Origin: Alkanindiges illinoisensis DSM 15370
Lineage (GTDB): Bacteria > Pseudomonadota > Gammaproteobacteria > Pseudomonadales > Moraxellaceae
Assembly: GCF_000619845.1 (NCBI RefSeq)
Contig: NZ_JHUX01000008.1
Span: 60,001-92,000 of the forward strand
DNA: 32,000 nt
Direction: 5' to 3'
Part shown: positions 1 through 7,489 of the stretch, one piece after another
How the letters are laid out: each line of letters begins with the position of its first letter
Position numbering within the stretch: position 1 is the first letter of the stretch
Notes under the pieces: model-generated
Database searches by the model: none
What the model saw: the letters and a program-made list of their open reading frames with translations, nothing else
Told to the model about the DNA's origin: nothing
Program-made: the position numbers and the translations under genes

Positions 1-444
1 TCTAACAGCGTAGCTTCAATGGCTGGTAAAGCACGTCGTGGTGTAACTAGTGAAGTTTCCCTGATTGAAAACGTTGATCTGACTATTGGTGCCAGTGCAC
101 TGAACATTCAACTGGGTAATCAGCCACAAGGCGCTATGATTGCTGCTAACGGTGTAATTGGTGGCGGTATCCGTATTGCTAACCTGACTGTTAACGACAA
201 TGTTGGTGGTGGTCAAGTTGGTATTCAGAACATGGCAATTACCAGTGCTGACAGCACTAACCTGACTGTTAATACACTGATTGGTGTAAACAACCAAGGT
301 CTGTCTATCAAATCAACTGGTGCTAACGACATCTACATGGGTTCCATCAAACTGGGTGATCTTTCTACTGCTGCTTCTTTAGGTTCTATCGAAATTCAGG
401 GTATGGAAATGGTTAACTCTGAAATTCTGGTATCTGGCCACTAA
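1..444 (+). CDS. filA: FilA-like fibre/pilus subunit, paralog 1; only the 3' part is in the window (5' end lies upstream)
   Basis: Frame 1 is open from nt 1, with no stop before the ATG at 19. The 141-aa track ORF aligns only to the C-terminal half of the next ORF (NIQLGNQPQGAMIA vs NVQLGNAPQGAMIA; C-termini ILVSGH vs MTISGH). There is no signal peptide at the Met at 19, so the gene is truncated by the window edge. Codon choice (ctg, ggt, aac, atc) looks like a highly expressed gene. Confidence 0.8.
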   Translation, partial: SNSVASMAGKARRGVTSEVSLIENVDLTIGASALNIQLGNQPQGAMIAANGVIGGGIRIANLTVNDNVGGGQVGIQNMAITSADSTNLTVNTLIGVNNQGLSIKSTGANDIYMGSIKLGDLSTAASLGSIEIQGMEMVNSEILVSGH

Positions 445-454
445 TAGGCTGTGG

Positions 455-484
455 GCCGACAATAGTAATATTGTCGGCTTTCTT
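455..484 (+). terminator. Rho-independent terminator/attenuator after paralog 1
   Basis: Perfect 10-bp stem GCCGACAATA (455-464) / TATTGTCGGC (469-478) with a GTAA loop, followed by TTTCTT. It starts 11 nt after the stop codon. Confidence 0.75.
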
Positions 485-511
485 GACTTGATTTTTGGTA
501 ATCAGTCTTAT
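483..511 (+). promoter_or_regulatory. Candidate sigma70 promoter for paralog 2
   Basis: TTGACT (483-488), a 17-bp spacer, then TCTTAT (506-511), about 25 nt upstream of the ATG at 537. The -10 element is weak (4/6). Confidence 0.3.
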
Positions 512-536
512 CTTCAAGGGAACAGGGAACAATACG

Positions 537-1388
537 ATGAAAACTTTAACAAAATTAGCTTTGGTTTCTGCTATGGCAATCAGCAGCAGTGCTTTTGCTC
601 TGGAATCGCTTGATGATTCAACGCTGAGCCAAACCACAGGTCAGGATGGTATTACAATCAAGTTGGATGCACAGGCTGATGGTACAATCTTTGGTGCCGA
701 TAATATTGTTGTTCATGATAACGATGGTGTAGGTACAGCAAGCTACGGTATTGCTACCCCTTCTGCCGGTGCGATTGTACTGGGTAAAAAGTCTGATGGT
801 ACAGGTACTGGTTTTAGCATTAAAGGTGCAACAGGTGATGCGGTAGTCATTAAAGTTGATGCCGATGCGAATGGTACTTCACCTGTATTAAACGTAAATA
901 TTGGGTTGCCAACAGCTTTAACTGTAAATACTGGTGATATCTATGTAGCCAAATCTAATGGCGTTGGAGCTACTGGTGCACAGTTTGCTAATGAAGCTAA
1001 AATTTTAAATAACATCACTGTAAGTCTTGGTGGTGCACAGATGAATGTTCAGTTAGGTAATGCGCCACAAGGTGCGATGATTGCCTTAGGTGGTAGTGTA
1101 GCAGGTGGTGTAAATATCGCTAACCTGGAGCTGCAAGATAACTCAACTGGTGCTGGTGGCGTAATTCACCTTGGCAACATCAATATCCGTGATAAAGGTG
1201 CTGCTAACTTAAGTTTAGGAACTAATATCAAAGCTACTACTGATGGTTTATCAATTGTTCGTACAGCTGGTGATGTTGACGTTCGACTAACTGCAGTTCA
1301 GTTGGGTACAGCAAATGCTGCCCATCAAGTTGGTGATATCGCAATTTTGGGTATGAAAGTGCCTAACATGACTATTAGTGGCCATTAA
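537..1388 (+). CDS. filA: FilA-like secreted fibre/pilus subunit, paralog 2
   Basis: I chose the internal ATG at 537 (AGGGA Shine-Dalgarno upstream). It gives a canonical Sec signal peptide, MKTLTKLALVSAMAISSSAFA|LE. Motifs shared with the other paralogs: TGQDGIT, DADANG, NTGDIYVA, QLGNAPQG and the C-terminal ISGH. The family name is recalled from Acinetobacter annotation ('putative pilus system protein FilA'). Confidence 0.85.
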   Translation: MKTLTKLALVSAMAISSSAFALESLDDSTLSQTTGQDGITIKLDAQADGTIFGADNIVVHDNDGVGTASYGIATPSAGAIVLGKKSDGTGTGFSIKGATGDAVVIKVDADANGTSPVLNVNIGLPTALTVNTGDIYVAKSNGVGATGAQFANEAKILNNITVSLGGAQMNVQLGNAPQGAMIALGGSVAGGVNIANLELQDNSTGAGGVIHLGNINIRDKGAANLSLGTNIKATTDGLSIVRTAGDVDVRLTAVQLGTANAAHQVGDIAILGMKVPNMTISGH

Positions 1389-1415
1389 TTAATTTAGCTG
1401 CTTAAATATGTAAAG

Positions 1416-1445
1416 CAAAGCGGCACAAGATGCCGCTTTGTCATC
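1416..1445 (+). terminator. Hairpin terminator/attenuator after paralog 2
   Basis: 10-bp stem CAAAGCGGCA (1416-1425) / TGCCGCTTTG (1431-1440) with a CAAGA loop. The downstream T-tract is weak (TCATCA), so termination may be partial. Confidence 0.55.
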
Positions 1446-1452
1446 AGGAGTG

Positions 1453-1458
1453 TATAAT
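1453..1458 (+). promoter_or_regulatory. Candidate -10 element for paralog 3
   Basis: Perfect TATAAT hexamer with TG immediately upstream, 60 nt before the ATG at 1518. There is no good -35 element; that position lies inside the preceding hairpin. Confidence 0.3.
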
Positions 1459-1517
1459 AATTATAAATCTGCAGCAGCAGATGGCACTGGATGCATGAAA
1501 CTTAAAGGAAGAGTAGT

Positions 1518-2348
1518 ATGTTTAAACTTCGAAAACTGATCATCGCATCCATGCTGTTTAGTGGATTAACTTCTGCTTTTCCAGTTTTTGCAATGCAAGC
1601 TCTTAATGATGAAACTCTGAGTGATACCACGGGGCAGGATGGTATTACTTTAACTCTGGATAACTCAGGAACTTCTGGTAAAGTTATCTGGACGGATAAT
1701 GACGGCTGGTCAGGCTTGTCTCAAACTGCAGGTGCTGTAATCTTTGGTGATGGTACACCTTCAACAAATTTTCGTATTAGTGGTGGAAAGACCGTAATTA
1801 CCATGGATGCTGATGGTAATGGATCTAATGCTTTTCTTAATATCAATATTGATATGCCAGATAATTTAAAAATAAATACGGGCAATATCTATGTAGCTGG
1901 TAAAGACAGTACAGGCGTTATTAATCAGAAAAAAATTCTTGGTGATACAGAAATTGAATTAAGTGGTTTAAATCTTAATGCTCAGCTTGGGAATGCCCCT
2001 CAAGGTAATTTGCTTAATTTCTCTGGTGTTATTAATAACGGCATTCGCTTAAATAATTTTACTCTTATTGATGGATCAACCTCTTCAACTGGCAATGATT
2101 ATGGAATTGCAATTGATCAAATTATTCTTCGTGATCATGGAGCTAACGACTTAACATTGGATAATATTGGCATAAGTGTTACGTCAAATGGCTTGCTTAT
2201 AGATACAAGTCGTACTAATAACAAAGTTGATTTCTTGCTAAGTAATGTCAAGGTAGGTGGGTTATCAAGTAGTGCTCCTACGATTGGTGGAATCAGTGTG
2301 CTTGGTGTGAATCTCAACAGTTTATCTATGACAATCAGTGGACATTAA
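1518..2348 (+). CDS. filA: FilA-like secreted subunit, paralog 3
   Basis: AGGAAG Shine-Dalgarno before the ATG. Signal peptide MFKLRKLIIASMLFSGLTSAFPVFA|MQ. Same motifs as paralog 2 (TGQDGIT, DADGNG, NTGNIYVA, QLGNAPQG, MTISGH), but the rest is divergent and N/I/L-rich. Confidence 0.85.
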   Translation: MFKLRKLIIASMLFSGLTSAFPVFAMQALNDETLSDTTGQDGITLTLDNSGTSGKVIWTDNDGWSGLSQTAGAVIFGDGTPSTNFRISGGKTVITMDADGNGSNAFLNINIDMPDNLKINTGNIYVAGKDSTGVINQKKILGDTEIELSGLNLNAQLGNAPQGNLLNFSGVINNGIRLNNFTLIDGSTSSTGNDYGIAIDQIILRDHGANDLTLDNIGISVTSNGLLIDTSRTNNKVDFLLSNVKVGGLSSSAPTIGGISVLGVNLNSLSMTISGH

Positions 2349-2442
2349 ACTTCGCTTAAAATTTGTGCACCATAATCAACTCTGTTAAAATATGCTTCGT
2401 CTACGCTGTGAAGCGTCCAGTGAGAGATCAGGAAGGTCGACT

Positions 2443-3432
2443 ATGCAAAAATATAATCTTGCTTTAGCAGTTGGTCTATTGTGTTCCACGGCTAATGCTT
2501 GGGCGCTTCAGGCAATGGATGATAATGCCTTGGCTGAGCAAACTGGACAGGATGGTATTACTGTTGCACTTCAGTATGCTGACTCTACGATTAGCTTTAG
2601 TGAAGCAATAATTACAGACACCAATGGTATGACTAATGCCAGCAATAAGGCTTCGCTCGTTATTGCACCAGCTACTTATAGTTCTACGCAAGGTATTCGG
2701 TTATTCAGAAATAACAGTTCTACTACTTTGGCCACTGCTCCCATAAAAATTCAAATGGATGCTGATGCTAATACTGCCAGTCCAGTATTTAATGCTGCAA
2801 TATCCTTACCTTCTGATCTTGAACGTATACGAATTAATCCTTTATCTGTTTATTTGGCGACAGGTGATACCAGCATTTTTACAGGGCGTAAGGTGGATGG
2901 CTCAACAACCAATACTTTTCGTACAGGGGTAACTGAGTTACTTAGAGTGAACGGAGAAGGAATAGATACGGTATTTAAATCTGGTGACCCATTAACTATT
3001 AATGTCCAGTTGGGGAATACTCCGCAGGGACACATGTTTATGTTTACCGGTGGCAGTATTTTATGTGTTGGCAATAATGCTTCCTGCATGAGTACTACAG
3101 GTGCAGACGGTGCTAATCCAATTGAACTTATTTCTTCTAATAGTTCGAGTAACTCAAGCTTAAAACTCAATTTTAAACTTTCAGCAAGTAACCAGACTAC
3201 AGGTTTTCGTCTTAATGGATTCTATGGCGATATTAATGCTGACGGTTTGACCTTTGGAAAATCTGGTGCTACGGATAAAGTTGATTTAGTGCTTAGCAAT
3301 ATTACAGCAGGCTGTAGCTCAGGTTGCCAGGATGTAAATACATTCAGTAACTTAAAAAATGGTTCTATGGGTAATTTTGGTGTAATAGGCGCTAGCGTTA
3401 CGAATCTGAAAGTAAATGTTAGGGGGCTATAG
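2443..3432 (+). CDS. Divergent FilA-like secreted protein, paralog 4 (possible minor or tip subunit)
   Basis: The internal ATG at 2443 follows AGGAAGG and gives the signal peptide MQKYNLALAVGLLCSTANAWA|LQ. It keeps TGQDGIT, DADAN and QLGNTPQG but is longer, contains two Cys pairs (CVGNNASC, AGCSSGC) and ends VNVRGL instead of ISGH. Confidence 0.8.
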   Translation: MQKYNLALAVGLLCSTANAWALQAMDDNALAEQTGQDGITVALQYADSTISFSEAIITDTNGMTNASNKASLVIAPATYSSTQGIRLFRNNSSTTLATAPIKIQMDADANTASPVFNAAISLPSDLERIRINPLSVYLATGDTSIFTGRKVDGSTTNTFRTGVTELLRVNGEGIDTVFKSGDPLTINVQLGNTPQGHMFMFTGGSILCVGNNASCMSTTGADGANPIELISSNSSSNSSLKLNFKLSASNQTTGFRLNGFYGDINADGLTFGKSGATDKVDLVLSNITAGCSSGCQDVNTFSNLKNGSMGNFGVIGASVTNLKVNVRGL

Positions 3433-3609
3433 TTTTAGATTTATTTAGTTCGCTAAAGTGCAAATTAAATAAAAAAATTTAGTGTATTTGTGACAAAAAC
3501 ACGGTATCTTGTAAATTACATGGATGACGACTTATTAACCTAAAGTCGTATTCTTAACAGGACATGGTAACCCAGTGAACGGGTTATCCAAAATTAGAAA
3601 AAGTGCGCT

Positions 3610-4446
3610 ATGTTTATTATCACACTAGGGTCAGCTCTGATTTATCATTTTGCGACCGAAGCTCTGCAGGTAGCAGACAAGCCAGCGGGTTCTGTCTATT
3701 ACTCAGAGGTTGCAGATTCCCGTTACTATTCTTATGGTAAATATCACCAGAATCCGGTACAGGTTAAACCTGCTGTCGAGCAGCAGTTTCGCGGCATTGT
3801 AAAGCAAGCCTATGATTATAGTTGTGGTTCTGCTGCGCTAACGACACTACTAAATGGTTATATTGGTGAAAAGCTGACTGAGCAACAGACCATGAATGGT
3901 TTAATGCGCTATGGTGAATATGACCGTATTGTAGAGCGCCGTAGCTTTTCTCTGTTGGATATGAAGCGCTTTGTAACAGCACTTGGCTACAACAGTGGTG
4001 GTTTTAAAGGACAATTTTCTGATTTAACCAAACTGGATAAGCCAGCCATTGTGCCTATTGCTTATGCAGGATTTAAACACTTTGTTGTTTTTAAAACTTA
4101 TCGTGATGGTCGAGTATTTATTGCCGATCCCGCACTAGGTAACTTAAGTTTTAGTGCTGAGCATTTTCAGGAAATCTGGGATAACAATACCTTATTTATT
4201 ATTGACCCTCCTGTTGGGCGTGAACTTCCTGGTTTACTGGGGCTACAGGAAAGTGACATGCGCATTGTAGAAGACAGTGTGATTGATCGGTTTGCGTTTG
4301 TAGATGTGCGTTATCCAACACTAATGATGGAAAAGAATGCTGATCGCGCTGCAACCATGCGCCGTGTACTGGATGATGACCCAAAATCTGATAATTATCA
4401 GAAGCCGATTGACACCTATATGCGTCTTTATTACAAACGCAAGTAG
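3610..4446 (+). CDS. filB: Standalone C39-family cysteine peptidase with an N-terminal hydrophobic export/anchor segment (FilB-like)
   Basis: C39 catalytic arrangement: Gln66, Cys72 in YDYSCGSAAL (codon 3823-3825), His157 in FKHFVVF and Asp173 in IADPA. There is no ABC-transporter domain. An in-frame TAG at 3595-3597 fixes the 5' limit. Confidence 0.85.
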   Translation: MFIITLGSALIYHFATEALQVADKPAGSVYYSEVADSRYYSYGKYHQNPVQVKPAVEQQFRGIVKQAYDYSCGSAALTTLLNGYIGEKLTEQQTMNGLMRYGEYDRIVERRSFSLLDMKRFVTALGYNSGGFKGQFSDLTKLDKPAIVPIAYAGFKHFVVFKTYRDGRVFIADPALGNLSFSAEHFQEIWDNNTLFIIDPPVGRELPGLLGLQESDMRIVEDSVIDRFAFVDVRYPTLMMEKNADRAATMRRVLDDDPKSDNYQKPIDTYMRLYYKRK

Positions 4447-4517
4447 CACTGGCTGATAACTAATAGATTTGGGTATTTGTGTAATTTAAGATAACTGTTT
4501 CAAGGTAGATTATAGTC

Positions 4518-5798
4518 ATGCAGAAACAATGGATGAATCGGTCAATATTGTCTTTAAGTATTGGTCTGGCAATGATTGGTGTAAATGTATATGCGGCAGA
4601 GGATAATGCCACCGATGCCAATAGCCAGATCACTGCTGCACCGTCAGCTATAGAGGGGACAACCGATCCTGTCGCTGCCGAAAGCCGTGCTCAGGTAGAA
4701 GCACCATTAACCAATGACAATAATCCAAATACTGACAGTGCAGTTGTCAACACAATTAATGAACGTAGTGATAGTACTGCTGCGAGTACTGGTTCAACGC
4801 CAGCGCCTGATACAACCACAACAAATGCTGCGTCAGAAACGCCTTCTATGGTGCCTGAGAATAAAGCGGCTGGTGTCCTACAACAAAAAGCTGATGACGC
4901 CTCAACCAAAAGTAACCTTGAAGAAGTTTTTACCCGTTCTGAGCAGCAATACTCGCTTTCTAAACGTGGATCATATTCCGCTACTTATGATATTGACTAT
5001 ACTTACTATCGTGATAGTCGCCTAGATCTGGCATTAAGCGACAGCAGCTCTACGCTGACCCGTTTACGGATTGAAGAGGACGCACAACATACTATTACTA
5101 ATACCTTTACTTTCCAGTATGGTTTGCTAGATAACTTAACCTTAACAGCTTCATTACCTTTGGTTGCCAAGAGTGATAACTTAAAGGATGAAACTACTGC
5201 CGGCTTGGGCGATCTTAGTTTTGGTGCACGCTGGGAACCATTTCCGTTAAAAGCAGGTCGTTTACCTTTAATCCTGTTTGGTAGCTTGTCGACCAAAACA
5301 GGAGATAGTCCTTACGAAATTGATGCAACTCGTGGGTTATCAACCGGTAAGGGATATTACTCAATCGGCGGTGGTGCCAGTACCCGTAAATTTATTGATC
5401 CAGTCGTCCTATTTGCTTCAGGCTCAGTAAGCTATGGTTTAAAGGAATCAGGATTAGATCAGCGTAGAGGAGAGCGTACGCTAGATGAATTTGATCCAGG
5501 TATTAGCGGCGGGATTGCATTTGGTTTTGCCTATTCGTTTAACTACGATGTGTCCTTAACCATGTCCTATCAGCAAAGTTTTTCTACCAATAGTGAATTC
5601 CGTTTTACCAGTGGCGAAGTTTCAACGCCTGCTGACCAAACCAGTGCGTCTTTAGGCTTTTCCTTGGGTGTACGTGTTTCACCAAAAACGATTGTCAATG
5701 GTTCAGTGGGTTTTGGTCTGACAGAAGATGCGCCAGACGTTTCTCTGGGATTATCGTTCCCATTGGATTTCCTGGGTTTTGGTCGTGAAACCCGCTGA
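4518..5798 (+). CDS. filC: Putative outer-membrane beta-barrel protein with a low-complexity N-terminal region (FilC-like)
   Basis: Signal peptide MQKQWMNRSILSLSIGLAMIGVNVYA|AE, followed by about 120 aa rich in T/S/A/N/P. The C-terminal ~280 aa are G/S/Y/F-rich with alternating hydrophobic residues, typical of OM barrels. The family assignment comes from locus position and is recalled, not computed. Confidence 0.7.
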   Translation: MQKQWMNRSILSLSIGLAMIGVNVYAAEDNATDANSQITAAPSAIEGTTDPVAAESRAQVEAPLTNDNNPNTDSAVVNTINERSDSTAASTGSTPAPDTTTTNAASETPSMVPENKAAGVLQQKADDASTKSNLEEVFTRSEQQYSLSKRGSYSATYDIDYTYYRDSRLDLALSDSSSTLTRLRIEEDAQHTITNTFTFQYGLLDNLTLTASLPLVAKSDNLKDETTAGLGDLSFGARWEPFPLKAGRLPLILFGSLSTKTGDSPYEIDATRGLSTGKGYYSIGGGASTRKFIDPVVLFASGSVSYGLKESGLDQRRGERTLDEFDPGISGGIAFGFAYSFNYDVSLTMSYQQSFSTNSEFRFTSGEVSTPADQTSASLGFSLGVRVSPKTIVNGSVGFGLTEDAPDVSLGLSFPLDFLGFGRETR

Positions 5799-5809
5799 GG
5801 CATGCCGGT

Positions 5810-7477
5810 ATGAAGTTGAATTTGCGTTTACAGCCTTTAGCCTATGCCATCATACTTTCCAGTATGCCGGTAATAAGCCATGCCCAGCTAGGACAGAACT
5901 TATCCATTGATATCCGTGCATTGTCTATGGGAAATGCGGTGACAGCAGACCCACCAGGGATTAGTGCAATTCACTTTAACCCGGCAGGCCTGACTAAAAT
6001 TGAAGGTCTGCAAACTGATGTTCAGGGTTTACTGGTTGACTTTAATATCCGGCGTGAATTTGAAGCACCAGCGGGTTACAACGTTTTTGGCTACTCTGAC
6101 GATCCAATCATCTGTAATGATGTAGCAACTGTTGGCCAAAAAATTTGTAGTGACTTCAAGGATTATGCTGTTAGTAAGGTTGACCATCCCAGTCTTTATG
6201 TCCCTGTATTAAAAAAGATGGTGAACTGGCCTCAAGGCTTACCACTGGCTGCCCCGCTGGCAGGTGCTGCCTATAAGCCACCGGGCTCAAAAATAACTTA
6301 CGCTTCCGCATTGTATGCACCATTGGTGGCTGGTTTTGGCTCGGCTGATGGCGATCCTGGCAATTTCATGGGTCAACAGGTTGCCATTGAGCGTATTACT
6401 TATTTATCGCCTTCTGCTGCCTATAAAGTCAGTGATAATTTATCATTAGGTGCCTCTATTGGCATGTCATATCAGGCGATTGGCCTAAAAACTGACCTTC
6501 GTTTTCCTAATGAACTAATCGGCGTATTACGCCTAATTGATGAAGATGTCTGTGGTCCATTTCAAGAAAATGGCAACATTGTTAGTGATTTATTGCTATT
6601 TGGCTTGTGTAATGCAGAAGAAGGTGTTGGGCCATTCAAAAGCTTTGGTTCAATGGAAGTTGCTCTGGAGCAAACACTATCACCTTCCTACAATCTAGGC
6701 TTACTGTGGGAACCAAGTGACGATTTTGGCTTTGGTATGGTTTATCAAAGCAATAGCAAAATGAAGCTTAAGGGTGACTATGCAATTGAAAATGGTCGCG
6801 GTGGACAGGAGTTAATTCGTGCTCTGAGTTCATCGGTAACCGGTGCAATTCTACAGGCAATCTTGGGCTTTCCATCGTATGTTCCACCGAGTGAGACAGG
6901 TAAAGTCTCTATGGATCTGGAATATCCTGCGCATTTTCAGGCAGGGGTAAAATATAAAGTACTGCCTGATTTACAGTTTAATTTTGATATTGGCTGGACA
7001 GATTATGCAGCGTGGGACTACTTTAGATTCAAGTTTGACCGCCAGGTTTCTGCCTTACAGATTGCAAAATTGCTATCTAACGACGTAACGGCATCTAGCT
7101 TAAACTTGCCTCTCAAATTCCGCAGTCCATGGAGCTGGGGTGTTGGCATGGAGTATAGTGCTACAGATCGTCTCAAACTGCGTTTGGGATATGAACCTCG
7201 TAAAAGTGCAATTCCTGATGACCGCCGTAATACCCTTGTGCCAATCAATAATGCACAAATGTTTGGTGCAGGCATGGGCTATCGGTTTGATCCAGATACT
7301 GATATTGATTTAACGGTAATGCACCTGCGTAGCCGCGATAATATTCCTGCTAATACCAGTGGACTTGCTAACCAGACCGGAGTTAATAACCTGTTATTAA
7401 ATCCCTATGCTGGATTAAATGTAAAAACAAATACGAAAGTCACCATTCTTGGTATAGCCTATCGTACTAAATGGTAA
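5810..7477 (+). CDS. filD: FadL/OmpP1/TodX-family outer-membrane channel protein (FilD-like)
   Basis: Signal peptide ending VISHA|QL. An N-terminal hatch-like segment, GNAVTADPPGISAIHFNPAGL, carries the NPA motif typical of the FadL family. The C-terminal strand ILGIAYRTKW ends in an aromatic residue. Confidence 0.8.
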   Translation: MKLNLRLQPLAYAIILSSMPVISHAQLGQNLSIDIRALSMGNAVTADPPGISAIHFNPAGLTKIEGLQTDVQGLLVDFNIRREFEAPAGYNVFGYSDDPIICNDVATVGQKICSDFKDYAVSKVDHPSLYVPVLKKMVNWPQGLPLAAPLAGAAYKPPGSKITYASALYAPLVAGFGSADGDPGNFMGQQVAIERITYLSPSAAYKVSDNLSLGASIGMSYQAIGLKTDLRFPNELIGVLRLIDEDVCGPFQENGNIVSDLLLFGLCNAEEGVGPFKSFGSMEVALEQTLSPSYNLGLLWEPSDDFGFGMVYQSNSKMKLKGDYAIENGRGGQELIRALSSSVTGAILQAILGFPSYVPPSETGKVSMDLEYPAHFQAGVKYKVLPDLQFNFDIGWTDYAAWDYFRFKFDRQVSALQIAKLLSNDVTASSLNLPLKFRSPWSWGVGMEYSATDRLKLRLGYEPRKSAIPDDRRNTLVPINNAQMFGAGMGYRFDPDTDIDLTVMHLRSRDNIPANTSGLANQTGVNNLLLNPYAGLNVKTNTKVTILGIAYRTKW

Positions 7478-7489
7478 TTGGTATTTGAA

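Noticed and set aside
16-297. 93-aa minus-strand ORF
   Set aside because: It is antisense to the FilA-like paralog 1 coding frame, which is supported by paralog conservation.
2392-2442. Upstream extension of paralog 4 (MLRLRCEASSERSGRST...)
   Set aside because: The extension would bury the signal peptide. The ATG at 2443 has an AGGAAGG Shine-Dalgarno and gives a canonical signal peptide aligned with the other paralogs.
4600-5025. Overlapping ORFs 4691-4909 (-) and 4714-5025 (+) in the low-complexity part of filC
   Set aside because: These are frame artefacts of a T/S/A/N-rich low-complexity coding region. The filC frame continues into a plausible barrel domain and has the signal peptide.
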